From a virus, in the IMG/VR virus record IMGVR_UViG_3300010430_000022, positions 1-64,000 of that record: 64,000 nucleotides of DNA. The stretch is one strand, 5' to 3'. The position numbers and the translations under genes are program-made. The notes below the pieces were generated by a model. It was not told the DNA's origin and made no database searches. It was given only the letters and a program-made list of their open reading frames with translations. The number at the start of each line of letters is the position of its first letter. The first letter of the stretch is position 1. Of the stretch, positions 61,458 through 64,000 are shown in pieces.

Positions 61458-62726
61458 ATGACGCAAGGTAAACCGAAGATGAGTCGTGCGGCGCTACGAT
61501 GCGGCTCTGTAGCTGTGAGTGTGCTCAAGCCGGGCACTAAACGCTATGAGCGGTGGTTGGCCAGGCGAAACCGCCGCCGGGCTGCGACCATGCGGAAGAA
61601 GCAAGAAGAGGACACCATGTTCGAGGAGCGAGAAGCTGACAAGACCGGGGCGCTCACCTGCGGCGTCTTCCTCCCGCTCCCCTATGACCTCGCCAAGGAC
61701 TTCCCGGATAAGAGCGAGCACGACGACTCGGTGCCGCACTACACACTGCTCTTCGTGGGCCCTTGCACCCCTGCGCAGTTCAAGACGCTTGTCATGGTCA
61801 TTCGAGGTGTTGCGGTCAAGTTGAAGCCATTCCCTATGGACCTTGCCTCCTACGGCGAGTTCATGAACAAGGAGGGAATGAAGATCTCCAACATGGGGCC
61901 TAGCTTGATCGCTCGATTCCGAATGGCGGCTCTTCACGGCATACTCCGACGCGCCGTCGAGTCGCTGGCTAAAGGGGTCACGGTGAAGCACACCTACGGA
62001 CCTGGAGAGTCGAAGTCGATCCCATACGAAGCCCAGTTCAAGCCTCACGCGACCCTGGCTTACCTTCCGCGCATGATGCCCTACCGAGGCCCGAAGCCAA
62101 CTGGTAGTTGGAACGTCACTGAGCTTGAGGTCTGGGGCCACGAGAAGGTCCGGATCCCGCTCGGCAAGACCCTAGCGCGCCAGCCTATTGGCCTGACGCG
62201 TGATCCCATCAAGTTCGATTACCCCATGGCCGTCCCTGAGGTCTCGACTGGCAAAGGCAAGGGCAAGCCCAAGCTGGAGGACAGGATTCCTGGTGGTCTG
62301 GCCGATAATTCCGGCCCCGACGATTTCGACCCCAAGCAACTCGCGAAGGGCGTCAAGGTCGAGTTGGAGCACACCAGCAGCCGCGCCATTGCTACAGAGA
62401 TCGCCATGGATCATCTGAAGGAGGACCCTCGCTACTACTCCAAGTTGGAGAAGATCCATACCGAAAGCACGTCGTCGGGCAACATCGCTGCGCCAAACGT
62501 GAAGAAGTGGGGAGAGGCGTTCTTGCGCGAACCGCTGCACCTGCGAGCACGCAGCGGAGATCCATTCCTCCAGGGAGAGGATGTGGTCGGCGGCTCCATG
62601 GGTGCCATGGGTAAGGGGGTCGGTGGCTCCAGTGGGGATATCGGTCTCGACGGATCTCTGCCCTACCTAGAGGTGCAGAAGCAGATCGACAAGAAGCTGC
62701 GCCGGAAGAAGCTCAAGGGCCTGTAG
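61458..62726 (+). CDS. 2H phosphoesterase (LigT/Acb1-like) fused to a DUF5661-like domain
   Basis: PHYTL and KPHATLAY; then IPGGLAD...QLAKGVKVELEHT...EIAMDHLKEDPRYYSKL. Confidence 0.75.
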   Translation: MTQGKPKMSRAALRCGSVAVSVLKPGTKRYERWLARRNRRRAATMRKKQEEDTMFEEREADKTGALTCGVFLPLPYDLAKDFPDKSEHDDSVPHYTLLFVGPCTPAQFKTLVMVIRGVAVKLKPFPMDLASYGEFMNKEGMKISNMGPSLIARFRMAALHGILRRAVESLAKGVTVKHTYGPGESKSIPYEAQFKPHATLAYLPRMMPYRGPKPTGSWNVTELEVWGHEKVRIPLGKTLARQPIGLTRDPIKFDYPMAVPEVSTGKGKGKPKLEDRIPGGLADNSGPDDFDPKQLAKGVKVELEHTSSRAIATEIAMDHLKEDPRYYSKLEKIHTESTSSGNIAAPNVKKWGEAFLREPLHLRARSGDPFLQGEDVVGGSMGAMGKGVGGSSGDIGLDGSLPYLEVQKQIDKKLRRKKLKGL

Positions 62727-63043
62727 TGCTAGAGCGTACCCCCCTGCTCCTTGAACGAGACAAGAAGCTCGCCTTCCACGGCGGTTCACTCAACCGACAC
62801 ACCCCGCGGGAGAGAGCCTGGCTCCCAAAGCGCTATCGTGCGAAGCACAAGGATGGGCATTTCCGTCGGAACCCTAAGGGGAAGCTCAAGAAGCGCGCCG
62901 GTGATCCTTTGCGGGATGAGCCGCTTCGCCACGACATCGAGAAGCGCGCCAGAAACCGCCACAGGCACTCTCACGTTCACTCCGACGTCTCCCTAGACCT
63001 TATGCGGACTGAACTTCTGCTGGATCACGACAAGAAGACGTGA
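62726..63043 (+). CDS. Basic His/Arg-rich protein with RTPLLLE leader
   Basis: MLERTPLLLE; second degenerate copy LMRTELLLD near the C-terminus. Confidence 0.65.
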   Translation: MLERTPLLLERDKKLAFHGGSLNRHTPRERAWLPKRYRAKHKDGHFRRNPKGKLKKRAGDPLRDEPLRHDIEKRARNRHRHSHVHSDVSLDLMRTELLLDHDKKT

Positions 63044-63053
63044 CCGAAAAAGA

Positions 63054-63241
63054 GCTTTCCGCCGGGCCGGTGGAAAAAAGGAAAGCCAGACTCTAACGCT
63101 GAGATTGCTAGCGCAGTCTCGACGGTTAAGTCTGACGACGCACTTGCTTTAGGCGCAGACGAGTAGATTCTCAGTTCTTCGCGACAGCCGATGCCCCCTG
63201 CTTGGTAAATGAACCTGAACACAGGTAAGCCCAAGCGCAGG
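63054..63241 (+). ncRNA. Structured RNA candidate upstream of TROVE/Ro60 gene
   Basis: Long interrupted hairpin 63087-63134 and bulged hairpin 63197-63241 overlapping the AGGAGG RBS. Confidence 0.4.
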
Positions 63242-63251
63242 AGGTGGTGCA

Positions 63252-64000
63252 ATGGCTAACAAGGCAGTTTTCGGTAGCGCACAGCGTGGCCGCAAGGTCC
63301 CCGAGACCGACACCAAGAACAAGGCCGGTGGCGTCGCGTACGCATTCGGTCCCCAGCACGCCCTGGCGCAGCTTGCCTGCACCGGAACCTTCAACGACAC
63401 GTTCTACGGCAAGGCCGTCGACCAACTGGAGGGCATCCGCAAGGCCGCCGACCAGTGCTCGCCGGAGTTCATCGCTAAGTGTGCCGTCTACGCCCGTGAG
63501 CGTGGCTACATGAAGGACATGCCGGCCGCTCTGGCCGTCATCCTGTCCAAGGCCGATCCGGTTCTGTTGGACAAGGTCTTCGACCGGACCATCGACAACG
63601 GCAAGCAACTTCGGAACTTCGTCCAGTTCATCCGTTCGGGCGCCTTCGGGCGTAAGAGCTTCGGCTCCGGCCCGAAGCGGCTGATCGCACGCTGGTTCAA
63701 CCAGCGCTCGGACGAGGCGATCTTCCGCGCTTCCGTCGGGAACTCCCCGTCGCTCGGTGACGTCCTCAAGCTGGCTCGCGTTTCGGGTAAGGCCGTTTCG
63801 CCACAGCGTCGTGCTCTCTACGGTTACCTGATCGGTTGTCGCGCTGCGGCTCTTGGTGAGGAACTGGAGCAGGTCACCAAGACCGAGGACGGCAAGACTC
63901 GTCGCACCAACCGCTTCAATCCAGCCGATCTCCCTGAGATCGTCAAGGGCTACGAGGCGTGGAAGCGCGGCGAGCGGACCGGCGAGGTCCCGAACGTCGA
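63252..64000 (+). CDS. rsr: TROVE-domain (Ro60/Rsr-like) RNA-binding protein, runs off the window (absent from the ORF track)
   Basis: MANKAVF...NKAGGVAYAFGPQHALAQLACTGTFNDTFY...FIAKCAVYARERGYMKDMPAAL...IDNGKQLRNFVQFIRSG..GRKSFGS.PKRL; AGGAGG RBS. Confidence 0.88.
   Translation, partial: MANKAVFGSAQRGRKVPETDTKNKAGGVAYAFGPQHALAQLACTGTFNDTFYGKAVDQLEGIRKAADQCSPEFIAKCAVYARERGYMKDMPAALAVILSKADPVLLDKVFDRTIDNGKQLRNFVQFIRSGAFGRKSFGSGPKRLIARWFNQRSDEAIFRASVGNSPSLGDVLKLARVSGKAVSPQRRALYGYLIGCRAAALGEELEQVTKTEDGKTRRTNRFNPADLPEIVKGYEAWKRGERTGEVPNV

Noticed and set aside
1-64000. tRNA or rRNA genes
   Set aside because: No convincing cloverleaf with a T-loop in the intergenic gaps by eye; tRNAscan-SE/ARAGORN would be needed to exclude them
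1-64000. Alternative genetic code (stop-codon reassignment)
   Set aside because: Conserved genes are full length in the standard code, and TAA, TAG and TGA all terminate genes at coupled junctions

Overview
GC-rich segment of a large, probably jumbo, dsDNA bacteriophage with a T4-type head module. Nearly all genes lie on the + strand. (1) 1-22.5 kb is a tail/adsorption region built from tandem paralog families: seven ~480-520 aa beta-rich proteins, four ~60 aa half-Hint-like proteins, three Pro/Gly-rich proteins sharing a C-terminal GxKF tail, two His-repeat fibres and three collagen-tipped proteins, followed by a 2OG-Fe(II) oxygenase. (2) 24.4-34.1 kb holds a free-standing degenerate intein/HNH gene, a gp20-like portal with a mini-intein, core proteins, a gp21-like protease-scaffold fusion and a gp23-like major capsid protein. 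(3) 34-47 kb holds basic, His-rich proteins, including a CCA-adding enzyme with a broken HD motif and an 860 aa protein punctuated by DPxxFM[AG]E repeats. (4) 47-59.9 kb encodes DNA methyltransferases, a dNMP kinase, a ClpN-MazG fusion, a class II RNR, a tail-collar fibre and a dNK. (5) 59.9-64 kb is an RNA-repair/anti-defence cluster: 2H phosphodiesterase, HAD phosphatase, a second 2H protein and TROVE/Ro60 with a structured leader. The main hypothesis is that about 12 unrelated proteins, including the CCA enzyme, the 2H phosphodiesterase and the HAD phosphatase, carry short terminal peptides ending in hydrophobic-X-Glu (RTPLLxE or [ST][LM]F[DE]R[IV]FxE). These resemble capsid-targeting signals cleaved by the gp21-type protease, which would make them a virion-packaged, co-injected tRNA 3'-end repair kit. 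All family calls come from motif recognition by eye; no database searches were run.
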